NCBI GenBank assembly: GCA_963843595.1
Contig: CAWJLG010000008.1
Location: forward strand, 115,434 to 179,433
Length of the DNA stretch: 64,000 nt
Source: an uncultured beta proteobacterium
Lineage (GTDB): Bacteria; Pseudomonadota; Gammaproteobacteria; Burkholderiales; Casimicrobiaceae
Direction of reading: 5' to 3'
Shown here: positions 1-9,363 of the stretch, one piece after another
Layout of the letters: every line of letters starts with the position of its first letter
Position numbering within the stretch: position 1 is the first letter of the stretch
The notes under the pieces: model-generated
Databases searched by the model: none
Told to the model about the DNA's origin: nothing
Seen by the model: only the letters and a program-made list of their open reading frames with translations
Translations under genes and position numbers: made by a program

Positions 1-379
1 GGCGACCGCCCGCGGCGAGGTCCGCGACCGCGGCGAGCGTGGCCGCGGGGACGAGCGGACAGTCACCGTTGGCGACCAGCGTCACGCCTTCGTCGTCCGG
101 CAGCGCCGCGAGGGCGGTCCGCACCGCGTCGCCGGTGCCGCGCGGCGGGTCCTGGGTGACGAATGCAATGTCCGGTGCCGCCAGCGCCTCGCGCACGCTT
201 TCGGCACCGTGGCCGACGACCAGGCACAGCGCTGCGGGCGACAACGTGCGCGCGGCATCCAGCACATGGCGAACGAGGGGCTTGCCGGCCAGCGGGTGCA
301 GCACCTTGGGCAGTGCGGAGTGCATGCGCTTGCCCTGGCCGGCGGCCATCACGACGACTTTGAGCGGGGACGGGTTCAC
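1..379 (-). CDS. glmU: GlmU (UDP-N-acetylglucosamine pyrophosphorylase / GlcN-1-P acetyltransferase), N-terminal part; the gene runs off the left edge
   Basis: Reverse-strand translation from GTG at 379 reads VNPSPLKVVVMAAGQGKRMHSALPKVLHPLAGKPLVRHVLDAARTLSP..VVGHGAESVREAL..FVTQDPPRGTGDAV. These are the LAAGxGxRM / LPKVLHP / GTGDA motifs of GlmU. It is absent from the ORF track because it is truncated. An in-frame ATG at 415 is an alternative start. Confidence 0.85.
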   Translation of the reverse strand, partial: MNPSPLKVVVMAAGQGKRMHSALPKVLHPLAGKPLVRHVLDAARTLSPAALCLVVGHGAESVREALAAPDIAFVTQDPPRGTGDAVRTALAALPDDEGVTLVANGDCPLVPAATLAAVADLAAGGR

Positions 380-623
380 GGACGAGAGGGGATGCGGCGC
401 GGTGGCGGCCGGCATCGGCCATCGGTGTTCGAATGATACGGCATCGGTCCGGCGTGCCCAACACGACGCTTCTGTGCGGCTGCCGCGACGTCCGATGGCG
501 CGACCGGCGCGCGTCGTGCGCGGAAGGACCGGGAGCGCGCGGTTCGACATCGAACGCCTTTCCCCCGCCGAGATCGCGGCGCTGACCTTCGTTGTCGCGG
601 GGCGCTGCGGTATTCTCTGCCCG

Positions 624-1388
624 ATGTCCATCATCGCGTTGTTCAACCAGAAAGGCGGCGTCGGCAAGACCACGACCGCGCTCAACCTGCTCGCGGCGAT
701 CGCGCAGCGTGGCCAACGGCCGCTCGGCATCGATCTCGACCCGCAGGGCCACCTGTCGCACATCTTCGGTGCGCAGCCGAGGCTCGCCGACGATTCGATC
801 TATGCGTTCTTCGTGCGCCAGCGCCCGCTCGCCGACATCGCACAGATCACGCGCAGCGGGGTCGCCCTGTGTCCATCGCACCTCGAGCTCACCAAGATCG
901 ACTCGCTGCTCGGCAAGGGCGTCAACGTGGTCACCCGGCTGCGCCAGGCGCTCCATCAGGCCGAGGCGATTCCCGGGCCGGTGGTCATCGATTGCTGCCC
1001 TCTCCTCAACGTGCTTTCGCTCAACGCGGTGTTCGCCTGCGACCTGCTCGTGGTGCCGGTGTCGTGCGACTTCCTCTCGCTGCGGGGCGCGCTGCAGGTC
1101 GAGCGCGCGCTCAATGCGCTCGAGCCGGTGTTCAAGCGGCGGCTGCCGCGGCGCTACGTGCTGACGCGGTTCGATGCGCGCCGCAGGATGGCCGAGGAGG
1201 TGGTACAGCGGATGGCGGCCGCGCTGCGGCCGGACGAGATCTGCGCGACGCGTATACGCGAGAGCGTGAAGCTCGCCGAGAGCCCGGCGGTCGAGCTCGA
1301 CATCTTCCGTCACGCGCCGGGCAGCCGCGGCGCGCAGGACTATCAGGCGCTCGTCGACGAGCTAGTGAGTGCCGGCTTTGTGCGTTAG
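624..1388 (+). CDS. ParA/MinD-family P-loop ATPase (orphan ParA-like paralog, distinct from the Soj/ParA at 21569)
   Basis: In-frame ATG at 624 within ORF 39..1388 (codon 196). MSIIALFNQKGGVGKTTTALNLL carries the deviant Walker A motif, followed by DLDPQG and VVIDCCP. The 195 upstream codons are Arg/Ala/Ser-rich shadow sequence. Confidence 0.85.
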   Translation: MSIIALFNQKGGVGKTTTALNLLAAIAQRGQRPLGIDLDPQGHLSHIFGAQPRLADDSIYAFFVRQRPLADIAQITRSGVALCPSHLELTKIDSLLGKGVNVVTRLRQALHQAEAIPGPVVIDCCPLLNVLSLNAVFACDLLVVPVSCDFLSLRGALQVERALNALEPVFKRRLPRRYVLTRFDARRRMAEEVVQRMAAALRPDEICATRIRESVKLAESPAVELDIFRHAPGSRGAQDYQALVDELVSAGFVR

Positions 1389-1598
1389 GGGCGCGGCGCT
1401 GATCAGTCCGATCACGCCCTCAATATCGAGCGTATCGACCCGCCGCGGCACCGACTGCTCGCGGCACTCGATGATCTCGCAACGCAGGTACATCTGGCGC
1501 AGTCGGCGTTCGGCGTCGGACTGCGACGCGGCCATGATGTGGATGTTGTCCACGCGTTGCCCGCTGCGGGTGCGAATGTTGAATCCGTATCGAATCAT
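1362..1598 (-). CDS. small hypothetical protein (78 aa)
   Basis: ATG at 1598 (codon 9 of ORF 1362..1622) is preceded by a GAGGGGGG Shine-Dalgarno-like run. The peptide MIRYGFNIRTRSGQRVDNIHIMAASQSDAERRLRQMYLRCEIIECRE is not low-complexity, and third positions are mostly G/C. No family recognised. Confidence 0.5.
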   Translation of the reverse strand: MIRYGFNIRTRSGQRVDNIHIMAASQSDAERRLRQMYLRCEIIECREQSVPRRVDTLDIEGVIGLISAAPLTHKAGTH

Positions 1599-1732
1599 GG
1601 CCGGCCCCCCCTCTGCGTTCACCGCCCGCCGTGCGTTGTGCCCCGTTTCCGGTCAGGGCGTTACGGACGGGGGTTGCTATGATAGGTCCGCTTCAGCATG
1701 CAAGTAACGTTCCCGACGAAGATTTTCGGTCG

Positions 1733-2773
1733 ATGACCGCCGATCCCGCTTCCCGACGGTCATCCGAGAGGGGCCGCGGCCCGGACGAGCTTGTCGGCGC
1801 CCTCTCCCGGATGGGCATAGTGAGCGCCCACATACATACTGAATGGACGCCGCTCGCGGGCGGCGTGTCGTCGGACATCTACCGAGTCGAGATGCCGTCC
1901 GGCGTCATTTGCGTCAAGCGTGCGCTCGCCCGGCTCAAGGTCGCCGCCGACTGGCGCGCCCCGGTCGAGCGCAACCGCTACGAGGTCGAGTGGATGCGCG
2001 TAGCCGGGGGCATCGTCCCCGCAGCGGTGCCCGCGATCCTGGGCGAGGACCGGGAAGCCGGCGCCTTCGCGATGGCGTGGCTCCCGCCCGACGCCTATCC
2101 GGTGTGGAAAACGCTGCTCCTTGCCGGCACGATCGACGAAGCGGCGGCGGCCGCGGTCGGCGACACCCTCGGCCGGATCCACGCGGCAACATCCGACCGG
2201 ACCGACCTCGCCGCCCGCTTCGCGACCGACGACATCTTCCACGCCATTCGGCTCGAGCCGTATCTCGTCGCCACGGGCCGGGCGCATCCGGATCTCGCGC
2301 CGCGCCTCGCGCAGCTGGTCGCGACGACGCGCAGCACGAAACGCGTGCTGGTGCACGGCGACTTCAGCCCGAAGAACCTGTTGCTCGGGCCGCGGGGGCC
2401 GGTGATCCTCGACGCCGAATGCGCGTGGTATGGCGATCCCGCATTCGACCTCGCGTTCGTGCTCAATCATCTGCTGCTCAAGGGAGCGTGGCGCCCGGCC
2501 TGGCGTGCGCGTTATGCGCAAGCGTTCGACGCCCTCGGCGACGCCTATTTCGCGCACGTCGACTGGGAGCCGCGCGCGGCGCTCGATAGGCGCACGGCCG
2601 CCTTGCTGCCCGGGCTGATGCTGGCGCGCATCGACGGCAAGTCGCCGGTCGAATACCTCACCGACGAGGACAGGCGCAACGAGGTCCGTGTTTTCGCGCG
2701 GGCCTTGCTGCGCACGCCAGCCGCCGCGCTGCACGACATCGCCGCCGCATGGACCGCGGGAGCCGTCGCGTGA
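1733..2773 (+). CDS. APH/choline-kinase-fold phosphotransferase, methylthioribose-kinase (MtnK)-like
   Basis: PLAGGVSSDIYRV nucleotide-binding loop. The catalytic segment VLVHGDFSPKNLLL...ILDAECAWYGDPAFDLAF resembles the HGDLH..IDxEFxxYGPxxFD pattern of MtnK/APH kinases. Start 1733 was chosen because codons 1631-1732 have poor third-position GC and the ATG at 1679 lies inside a TGCTATGAT extended -10-like motif. Confidence 0.75.
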   Translation: MTADPASRRSSERGRGPDELVGALSRMGIVSAHIHTEWTPLAGGVSSDIYRVEMPSGVICVKRALARLKVAADWRAPVERNRYEVEWMRVAGGIVPAAVPAILGEDREAGAFAMAWLPPDAYPVWKTLLLAGTIDEAAAAAVGDTLGRIHAATSDRTDLAARFATDDIFHAIRLEPYLVATGRAHPDLAPRLAQLVATTRSTKRVLVHGDFSPKNLLLGPRGPVILDAECAWYGDPAFDLAFVLNHLLLKGAWRPAWRARYAQAFDALGDAYFAHVDWEPRAALDRRTAALLPGLMLARIDGKSPVEYLTDEDRRNEVRVFARALLRTPAAALHDIAAAWTAGAVA

Positions 2774-4056
2774 CCGCCGGCGCGATTGCCGCCGTCCGCG
2801 CACGCCGCGTCTGGGATTCGCGCGGACGGCCCACGGTCGAAGCCGAGGTCACGCTGGCCAACGGCGCGATCGGACGCGCCATCGCGCCGGCCGGTGCGTC
2901 GCGCGGCTCACGCGAGGCGATCGATCTGCGCGACGGCGGCCCCGCTCATGGCGGCATGGACGTGACCAGGGCGATCGCCAACGTCGGCGGCCCCATCGCA
3001 CGCGCGCTCGCCGGGCGCGATGCGTTCGACCAATTGGACGTCGACCGCACCCTGATCGACCTCGACGGCACGCCGAACAAGGCGAGGCTCGGCGGCAATG
3101 CGACGGTCGCGGTGTCGCTCGCCGTCGCCCACGCGGCCGCCGCGGCACGGGCGATTCCACTCTGGCGCTATCTCGCCGGCGACGGGCCGGTATCGTTGCC
3201 GCTGCCGGAAATCCAGATCTTCGGCGGTGGCGCCCATGCGGGCCGGCGCATCGACGTTCAGGACCTGATGGTCATCGCGGTCGGCGCGACATCCTTCGCC
3301 CAGGCGCTCGCGATGACGGCGGACGTCTACCGCGTTGCCGGCGACCTGATGCAGGAAGCCGGCAAGCTGGCCGGTGTTGCCGACGAGGGCGGCTTCTGGC
3401 CCGCATTCGACAGCAACGAGGAGGCGCTGACCACGCTGGTGCGCGCGATCGAACGTGCCGGTTACGTGCCGGGCGACGACGTCGCACTTTCGCTCGACAT
3501 CGCGGCCTCGGAGTTCGGGCGCAACGGCAGGTACACGCTCGGTCTCGACCGCCGCTCGCTCGACCGCGACGGGATGATCGAGCTGTTGCTCGGCTGGCTC
3601 GACCGGTTCCCGATCGCGTCGATCGAAGACCCGCTCGCCGAGGATGATCGCGAAGGCTGGATCGCGTTCACGCGCGCCGCCGGCGCGCGCGTGCAGGTCG
3701 TCGGCGACGACTATCTCACGACCAGCGCCGCACGGGTGGCCGCGGCCGTCGCCGACCGCGCGTGCAACGCGGTGCTGATCAAGCCCAACCAGGCCGGCAC
3801 GCTGTCCGAGACACTCGCGGCGCAGCGCGCAGGCGCGCTCGCGCAGTTGGCGACGATCGTGTCGGCCCGCTCGGGCGAGACCGAGGACGTGTCGATCGTC
3901 CATCTCGCCGTCGGCTGGAACGCCGGACAGCTCAAGGTCGGCTCGTTCGCGCGCGGCGAGCGGATGGCGAAATGGAACGAGGCGCTGCGCATCGAGGAAG
4001 CGCTCGGCACGGACGCTCGCTTCGCCGGCCGCGCGGTGCTGGCGCCGCCGCGCTGA
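2770..4056 (+). CDS. enolase-family protein (divergent paralog of phosphopyruvate hydratase)
   Basis: WDSRGRPTVEAEV, GASRGSREAIDLRDG, ADEGGF, LDIAASEF, SIEDPLAEDD, VVGDDYL, LIKPNQAGTLSET, SARSGETED and RMAKWNEALRIEE align with canonical enolase motifs. The GTG start at 2770 overlaps the kinase stop (GTGA). Confidence 0.85.
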   Translation: MTAGAIAAVRARRVWDSRGRPTVEAEVTLANGAIGRAIAPAGASRGSREAIDLRDGGPAHGGMDVTRAIANVGGPIARALAGRDAFDQLDVDRTLIDLDGTPNKARLGGNATVAVSLAVAHAAAAARAIPLWRYLAGDGPVSLPLPEIQIFGGGAHAGRRIDVQDLMVIAVGATSFAQALAMTADVYRVAGDLMQEAGKLAGVADEGGFWPAFDSNEEALTTLVRAIERAGYVPGDDVALSLDIAASEFGRNGRYTLGLDRRSLDRDGMIELLLGWLDRFPIASIEDPLAEDDREGWIAFTRAAGARVQVVGDDYLTTSAARVAAAVADRACNAVLIKPNQAGTLSETLAAQRAGALAQLATIVSARSGETEDVSIVHLAVGWNAGQLKVGSFARGERMAKWNEALRIEEALGTDARFAGRAVLAPPR

Positions 4057-4077
4057 ACGCCACCGGCGTGCGCGCCC

Positions 4078-4887
4078 TTACGCCAGCAGCGCCCCCACCA
4101 GCTCGGCGAAACCCGCGCCTGCCTCATTCTTCGTGACCCACGCAGGCAGCGTGGCGATCCGGTCGGCGAAGACGCGGACATTGGCGACACCCACGGCGTT
4201 CGGAAAGAACGCGAACATCGGCGCGTCGTTCGGCGAATCGCCGACGAACACGAAACGCGCACGCTCGGCATCGAGATCGAGGCCGAAGGCTTCGGCGAGC
4301 AGCGTCCGCGTCATCGACAGCTTGTCGTAACGGCCGACCCAGCCGTTGACGTGGATCGAGCTCACCTTCGCGGTGAGTCCCTCGGCTTCCATCAGCGCGA
4401 CGATCCGGTCGACCGCCGCGCGCGGCAGCGGTGGAACGTCCTCGCGGAAGTCGATCGCGATGTCCGCCTCGCGGTAGAGCTGGTCGGAAGCGAGCGCGCA
4501 TCCGGGAACGGCGGCGAGGATCTTCTCGCCGATCCCGGCGAGCCGCACCCGGTTCGCGCGCCGCTCCGCTTCCGGCACGGCGAAGCGCGCGATGAGCCGC
4601 CGCGTCACGCGGTCGTAGCGCATGTAGAGCGCTCCGTTTTCGCCGACGACGGCATCGACCGGCCACATCCGCGCGATGTGATCGCACCAGCCGGCCGGCC
4701 GCCCGGTGATCGGGATGACGAGCTTGCCGGCGGCGGACAGCCGCTCGAGCGCCGCGTACGCTTCGGCGGTGAGCCGGCCGTGCGTGGACAGCGTGTCGTC
4801 GATGTCGGTGAGCACGCCGCGGATCGCCCCTCGCGTGGCCGACGGCATTTCCGCCAGTGGGCGCATCGCCGATGGCTCGGCGCTCAC
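4078..4887 (-). CDS. HAD-superfamily hydrolase, subfamily IIB-like (sugar/glycerate-phosphate phosphatase type)
   Basis: VLTDIDDTL (motif I DxDxT), ITGRP (motif II) and FVGDSPNDAPMF (motif IV), with a cap between motifs II and III. GTG start at 4887; ATGs at 4866 and 4848 are alternatives. Confidence 0.8.
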   Translation of the reverse strand: MSAEPSAMRPLAEMPSATRGAIRGVLTDIDDTLSTHGRLTAEAYAALERLSAAGKLVIPITGRPAGWCDHIARMWPVDAVVGENGALYMRYDRVTRRLIARFAVPEAERRANRVRLAGIGEKILAAVPGCALASDQLYREADIAIDFREDVPPLPRAAVDRIVALMEAEGLTAKVSSIHVNGWVGRYDKLSMTRTLLAEAFGLDLDAERARFVFVGDSPNDAPMFAFFPNAVGVANVRVFADRIATLPAWVTKNEAGAGFAELVGALLA

Positions 4888-4966
4888 ACGCCCCCCCGGT
4901 CATGGCTCGGGTGTCGGTAACCCGCCATCGCCGGGCGATGCGCGGCCCCGGTTGCGTCCCGCCTGG

Positions 4967-6475
4967 TCATCGCCCCGCGAGCGCCGTCGCGACGCACGCG
5001 GCGACACGCTCGCACGCCGCCACGTCGAGACCGAGCCCGCACTTGCTTCGGCGCCACAGGACGTCGTCGGCCGTGCGCGCCCATTCGTACGCCACCATGT
5101 AGCGGACTTCTGCCGCCGTGAGGCCGTCGCCGAAGTGCTCGCCCAGATCGGCGACCGATTGCGCCGCGCCGAGCACCTTCGGTGCCAGGCTGCCGTGGCG
5201 GCGGGCGAGGCCGGCGACGATCTCCGCCGGGAGCGCCGGATAACGACGCGCCAGCTCGGCGATCCACGCGTCCAGCCCGCCCGCAGGCAGGTCGCCTCCG
5301 GGCAGCGTCGTGGCCATCGTCCACGCGGGCTTCATCTGCGGGAAGAAAGGCTTCAGCTCGTCGAGCACGTGCTCGGCGAGCTTGCGATACGTCGTGATCT
5401 TGCCGCCATACACGGACAGAAGCGGCGCGCCGGTTTCACCGCCGTCGAGCTTCAGCACGTAGTCGCGGGTGATCGCCGAGGGATCGGAAGCACCGTCGTC
5501 GTATAGCGGGCGGATGCCGGAGAACGACCAGACGACGTCGGCCTTCGTCAGCGGATGATCGAGGTACGTGTTGGCGAGGGTCAGCAGGTAATCGACTTCG
5601 GCGTCGGAGATCTCCGGGTGCTCGAACTCGGTGACCGGCACGTCGGTGGTGCCGATCAGCGAGTAACGCTCCTGGAACGGAATGACGAACACGATCCGGT
5701 TGTCGGCGTTCTGCAGAATGTAGGCATGATCTTCGCCGTGCACGCGCGGAACGACGATGTGGCTGCCCTTCACGTGGCGCACGTTTTCCTTCGACGGCGA
5801 GGCGCAGACGGTGTCGCGGACCACTTTCACCCACGGCCCGGCGACGTTGGCGATCGCGCGCGCGGTCACCGCGGTGGTCGTGCCGTCGGGCCCGGCGATC
5901 GTCGCCCGCCAGAGGCGGCCTTCGCGCGTCGCGCCGGCGAACCGCGTCCGCACGCGGACGTCGACACCCAGAGCGCGGGCGGCCAGCGCGTTGGCGAGCA
6001 CGAGCCGCGCATCGTCGACGCGGGCATCCGCGTAGACGAAACCCTTGCGAAAACGCGGCTTCAGTCCGGCGCCCCACTTGGAGCGCGCGAGATCGACACC
6101 GAACGACGCCGGCAGCGTCACCCGCCGCGACAGGTGGTCGTACATGAACAAACCGGTGCGGATCATCCACGCCGGCCGCAGGTGCGGCTCGTGCGGCAGC
6201 ACGAACTGCAGAGGCTGGACGAGGTGAGGCGCCTGGTGCAGGACCACCTCGCGCTCGGACAGCGACTCGCGCACGAGCCGGAATTCGTAGTACTCGAGAT
6301 AGCGCAGACCGCCGTGGATGAGCTTCGTGCTCCACTGCGATGTCGCGGAGGCGATGTCGTCCTGCTCGACGACGAGCACCGCGAGGCCGCGACCGGCGGC
6401 GTCGCGGGCGATCCCCGCTCCGTTGATGCCGGCGCCGATGACGAGAAGGTCGAAGGCGGCAGCATCGGCGGACAT
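4967..6475 (-). CDS. glpD: FAD-dependent glycerol-3-phosphate dehydrogenase
   Basis: From ATG at 6475 (codon 110 of ORF 4967..6802): MSADAAAFDLLVIGAGINGAGIARDAAGRGL..TSQWSTKLIHGGLRYLEYYEFRLVRESLSERE. Length is 502 aa, typical of GlpD. Confidence 0.92.
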   Translation of the reverse strand: MSADAAAFDLLVIGAGINGAGIARDAAGRGLAVLVVEQDDIASATSQWSTKLIHGGLRYLEYYEFRLVRESLSEREVVLHQAPHLVQPLQFVLPHEPHLRPAWMIRTGLFMYDHLSRRVTLPASFGVDLARSKWGAGLKPRFRKGFVYADARVDDARLVLANALAARALGVDVRVRTRFAGATREGRLWRATIAGPDGTTTAVTARAIANVAGPWVKVVRDTVCASPSKENVRHVKGSHIVVPRVHGEDHAYILQNADNRIVFVIPFQERYSLIGTTDVPVTEFEHPEISDAEVDYLLTLANTYLDHPLTKADVVWSFSGIRPLYDDGASDPSAITRDYVLKLDGGETGAPLLSVYGGKITTYRKLAEHVLDELKPFFPQMKPAWTMATTLPGGDLPAGGLDAWIAELARRYPALPAEIVAGLARRHGSLAPKVLGAAQSVADLGEHFGDGLTAAEVRYMVAYEWARTADDVLWRRSKCGLGLDVAACERVAACVATALAGR

Positions 6476-6590
6476 GATCGAACCAGTGAGTGACGACCCG
6501 CGCATTCTACCGCAGGGCTCGGCGTCGACGCCCGGGTGCGCTACCATCCCCGCCTGCCGCCGCAGTCGGCCAACTCGCCCGGGAGTTCGC

Positions 6591-7778
6591 ATGAAGCTCG
6601 TCGCCGAAATCGCCGCCCTCGTCCCCGAAATGAAGACGTGGCGCCACCAGCTCCACGCGCATCCCGAGACCGCGTTCGAGGAGACGGCCACCAGCGCGTT
6701 CGTCGCCGACAAGCTGCGCTCGTTCGGCCTCGAGGTGCACACCGGTCTTGCGAAAACAGGCGTGGTGGGGGTGCTGCGAAACGGCGCCGGCGGCGACGCC
6801 ATCGGGTTGCGCGCCGACCTCGACGCGCTTCACATTCACGAGAAGAGCGGCGTGACTCATGCGTCGAAGACGGCCGGCAAGATGCACGCCTGCGGTCACG
6901 ACGGGCACACGACGATGCTGCTCGGCGCCGCCGCTGCGCTCGCGCGCACGAGGCGCTTCGACGGCACCGTCTACTTCATCTTCCAGCCGGCCGAGGAGAA
7001 CGAAGGCGGCGGCCGCGTGATGGTCGAAGAAGGGCTGTTCGACCGCTTCCCGATGCGCGCCGTCTACGGGATGCACAACTGGCCGCGAATGCCGCTCGGT
7101 GCCATCGCGACGAAGCCGGGACCGCTGATGGGCGCGTACGATATTTTCGAGATCGTCGTCACCGGCAAAGGCGCGCACGCGGCGATGCCCTACCAGGGGA
7201 AGGATCCGATGCTGTTCGCGGCGCACGCGATCAGCGCGCTGCAGACGATCGTCGCCCGCAACCTGCACCCGCTCGACGCGGGCGTGGTCAGCGTCACCCA
7301 GGTCCACGGCGGCGACACGTGGAACGTGATCCCGCAGGAAGTCGTGCTGCGCGGCACCGTGCGCACGTTCCGGCGCGACGTGCAGGACCTGATCGAGCAG
7401 CGGATGCGCACGATCGTCGCCGGCATCGCGTCGATGTTCGAGATGAGCGCGACGGTGCGCTACGAGCGCCGCTACCCCGCGACGGTCAATTCCGAAGGCG
7501 AAGCGAAGCACGCGATCGCTGCGGCAACGGCGGTCGTCGGCGCAGCTAACGTCGATACCGACCCGGTGCCCGAAATGGGCAGCGAGGACTTCGCGTTCAT
7601 GCTCGAGGCCAAACCAGGCTGCTACGTATGGCTCGGATCCGGCCGCGGCCCGGAGACGCCCGGTCTGCACAATCCGCACTACGACTTCAACGACGACGCG
7701 CTGGCGATCGGCGCGAGCTACTGGGTGACGCTGGCCGAACAGCAGCTCGCCGCCGGATCGGCACGCCGCGCTGCCTGA
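6591..7778 (+). CDS. M20-family amidohydrolase (hippurate hydrolase / N-acyl-amino-acid amidohydrolase type)
   Basis: ATG at 6591 (codon 92 of ORF 6318..7778). WRHQLHAHPETAFEE, MHACGHDGHTTMLLGAA and FIFQPAEE are metal-binding motifs. Confidence 0.9.
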   Translation: MKLVAEIAALVPEMKTWRHQLHAHPETAFEETATSAFVADKLRSFGLEVHTGLAKTGVVGVLRNGAGGDAIGLRADLDALHIHEKSGVTHASKTAGKMHACGHDGHTTMLLGAAAALARTRRFDGTVYFIFQPAEENEGGGRVMVEEGLFDRFPMRAVYGMHNWPRMPLGAIATKPGPLMGAYDIFEIVVTGKGAHAAMPYQGKDPMLFAAHAISALQTIVARNLHPLDAGVVSVTQVHGGDTWNVIPQEVVLRGTVRTFRRDVQDLIEQRMRTIVAGIASMFEMSATVRYERRYPATVNSEGEAKHAIAAATAVVGAANVDTDPVPEMGSEDFAFMLEAKPGCYVWLGSGRGPETPGLHNPHYDFNDDALAIGASYWVTLAEQQLAAGSARRAA

Positions 7779-7796
7779 CGCCCGCGCCGCCCGCCC

Positions 7797-9221
7797 TCAG
7801 CCGTCGCCGGGGCGCGTCATCGCCTCGGGCCGCACCCAGCGGTCGAAGTCTGCCGCGGTCACGACGCCGAGATCGAGCGCGGCCGTACGCAGCGACGTCC
7901 CGTTGCGATAGGCGGCGAGCGCGATCCGCGCGGCATTCTCGTAGCCGATGTGCGGATTGAGCGCGGTCGCGAGCATCAGCGAGTCGGTGACGTGACGGTC
8001 GATGCGACCGGTATCCGGCGCGATGCCACGTGCGCAGCGCTCGTCGAACGATCGCACGGCCTCGGCGAGGAGTACCGTCGACTCGAGCACGTTGTGCAGT
8101 ATCACCGGCTTGTAGACGTTCAGCTGGAAATTGCCCTGCGAGCCCGCGAACGCGACCGCGTGGTCGTTGCCGAACACCTGCACGGCGACCTGGGTGAGCG
8201 CCTCGCATTGCGTCGGGTTGATCTTGCCGGGCATGATCGACGATCCCGGCTCGTTGTCGGGAATCGTGATCTCGCCGATCCCGGCGCGCGGTCCGCTCGC
8301 GTACCAGCGCACGTCGTTGGCGATCTTCATCAGCGCGCCGGCCAGCGTGCGCAGTGCGGCGCTGGCGGTGACCAGCGCATCGTGCGCGGACAGCGCCGCG
8401 AACTTGTTCGGTGCCGCGACGAACGGACGCCCCGTCGCGGAGGCGAGCTCGCGCGCGACGACCTCGCCGAAGCGGGGATGCGCATTGAGGCCTGTCCCCA
8501 CCGCGGTGCCGCCGAGTGCGAGTGCATGAAGATTCGGCAGCGCGGCGCGGATCGTCGCCTCTGCGTCGTCGAGTTGTGCGGCCCAGCCGCCGATGACCTG
8601 CCCAAGGGTGACGGGGGTGGCGTCCTGCAGGTGCGTGCGGCCGAGCATCACCAGCCCCGCGTATTCGCCGGCCTTCGCCGCGAGCGTTGCCGACAGCGCC
8701 CGCACGGCAGGCAGCAGCGTCGCTTCGACCGCCTCGACGGCGGCGATGTGCATCACCGCCGGAAAGACGTCGTTCGACGATTGTCCCCGATTGACGTCGT
8801 CATTCGGATCGATCGGCCGCTTCGAGCCCACGACACCGCCCGCGAGCTGGATCGCGCGGTTGGCGATCACCTCATTCGCGTTCATGTTCGACTGGGTACC
8901 GGAGCCCGTCTGCCAGACGACCAGCGGAAATTCCGCGTCGAGCCGTCCGTCGATCACGTCCTGCGCAGCACGGACGATCAGCGCCGACTGGTGGGCAGGA
9001 AGTTCGCCGAGCTCGGCGTTGGCCCGGGCCGCACACTGCTTGACGAGGCCGAACGCACGGATGACGGCGCGACCCCAGCGGTAGCGCTCGCGGCCGATGG
9101 GGAAGTTGTCGATCGAGCGCTGCGTCTGCGCACCCCAGAGCCGATCGGCGGGCACGCTCACTTCGCCCAGCGTGTCCTTTTCGACGCGGATGTCCGGAGG
9201 CGGAGCGGTGCGGGCGGGCAT
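7797..9221 (-). CDS. fumC: class II fumarate hydratase
   Basis: [22 protein letters not shown], and the [16 protein letters not shown] signature of the fumarase/aspartase family with FumC-type context. Confidence 0.92.
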   Translation of the reverse strand: MPARTAPPPDIRVEKDTLGEVSVPADRLWGAQTQRSIDNFPIGRERYRWGRAVIRAFGLVKQCAARANAELGELPAHQSALIVRAAQDVIDGRLDAEFPLVVWQTGSGTQSNMNANEVIANRAIQLAGGVVGSKRPIDPNDDVNRGQSSNDVFPAVMHIAAVEAVEATLLPAVRALSATLAAKAGEYAGLVMLGRTHLQDATPVTLGQVIGGWAAQLDDAEATIRAALPNLHALALGGTAVGTGLNAHPRFGEVVARELASATGRPFVAAPNKFAALSAHDALVTASAALRTLAGALMKIANDVRWYASGPRAGIGEITIPDNEPGSSIMPGKINPTQCEALTQVAVQVFGNDHAVAFAGSQGNFQLNVYKPVILHNVLESTVLLAEAVRSFDERCARGIAPDTGRIDRHVTDSLMLATALNPHIGYENAARIALAAYRNGTSLRTAALDLGVVTAADFDRWVRPEAMTRPGDG

Positions 9222-9363
9222 CGCGCGATCATGCGCCGCGCGATTGCGGATTGTCGAGACGGGTCGTGCCGGTCACCGGCCGCCGAGTTGCGCGATCGCG
9301 CCGTCGTGACTCAACCGGTCGCCTTCGCCCCGGACGAGGATCGCGTCGGCCATCACCGACGCG

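Noticed and set aside
1631-1732. Earlier starts (GTG 1631, ATG 1679) for the MtnK-like kinase.
   Set aside because: Third-codon positions in 1631-1732 are A/T-rich, unlike the rest of the gene. The ATG at 1679 also sits inside a TGCTATGAT extended -10-like motif. Uncertainty remains.
4967-6802. Long N-terminal extensions offered by the ORF track. Examples are glpD 611 aa, yidC 628 aa, atpD 519 aa, the topoisomerase 1047 aa, the dynamin-like protein 887 aa, the BNR protein 485 aa and the ParA-like protein 449 aa.
   Set aside because: The extensions are Arg/Pro/Ser-rich and overlap neighbouring genes or promoters. They precede internal ATG/GTG codons that reproduce the canonical N-termini and lengths of the families.
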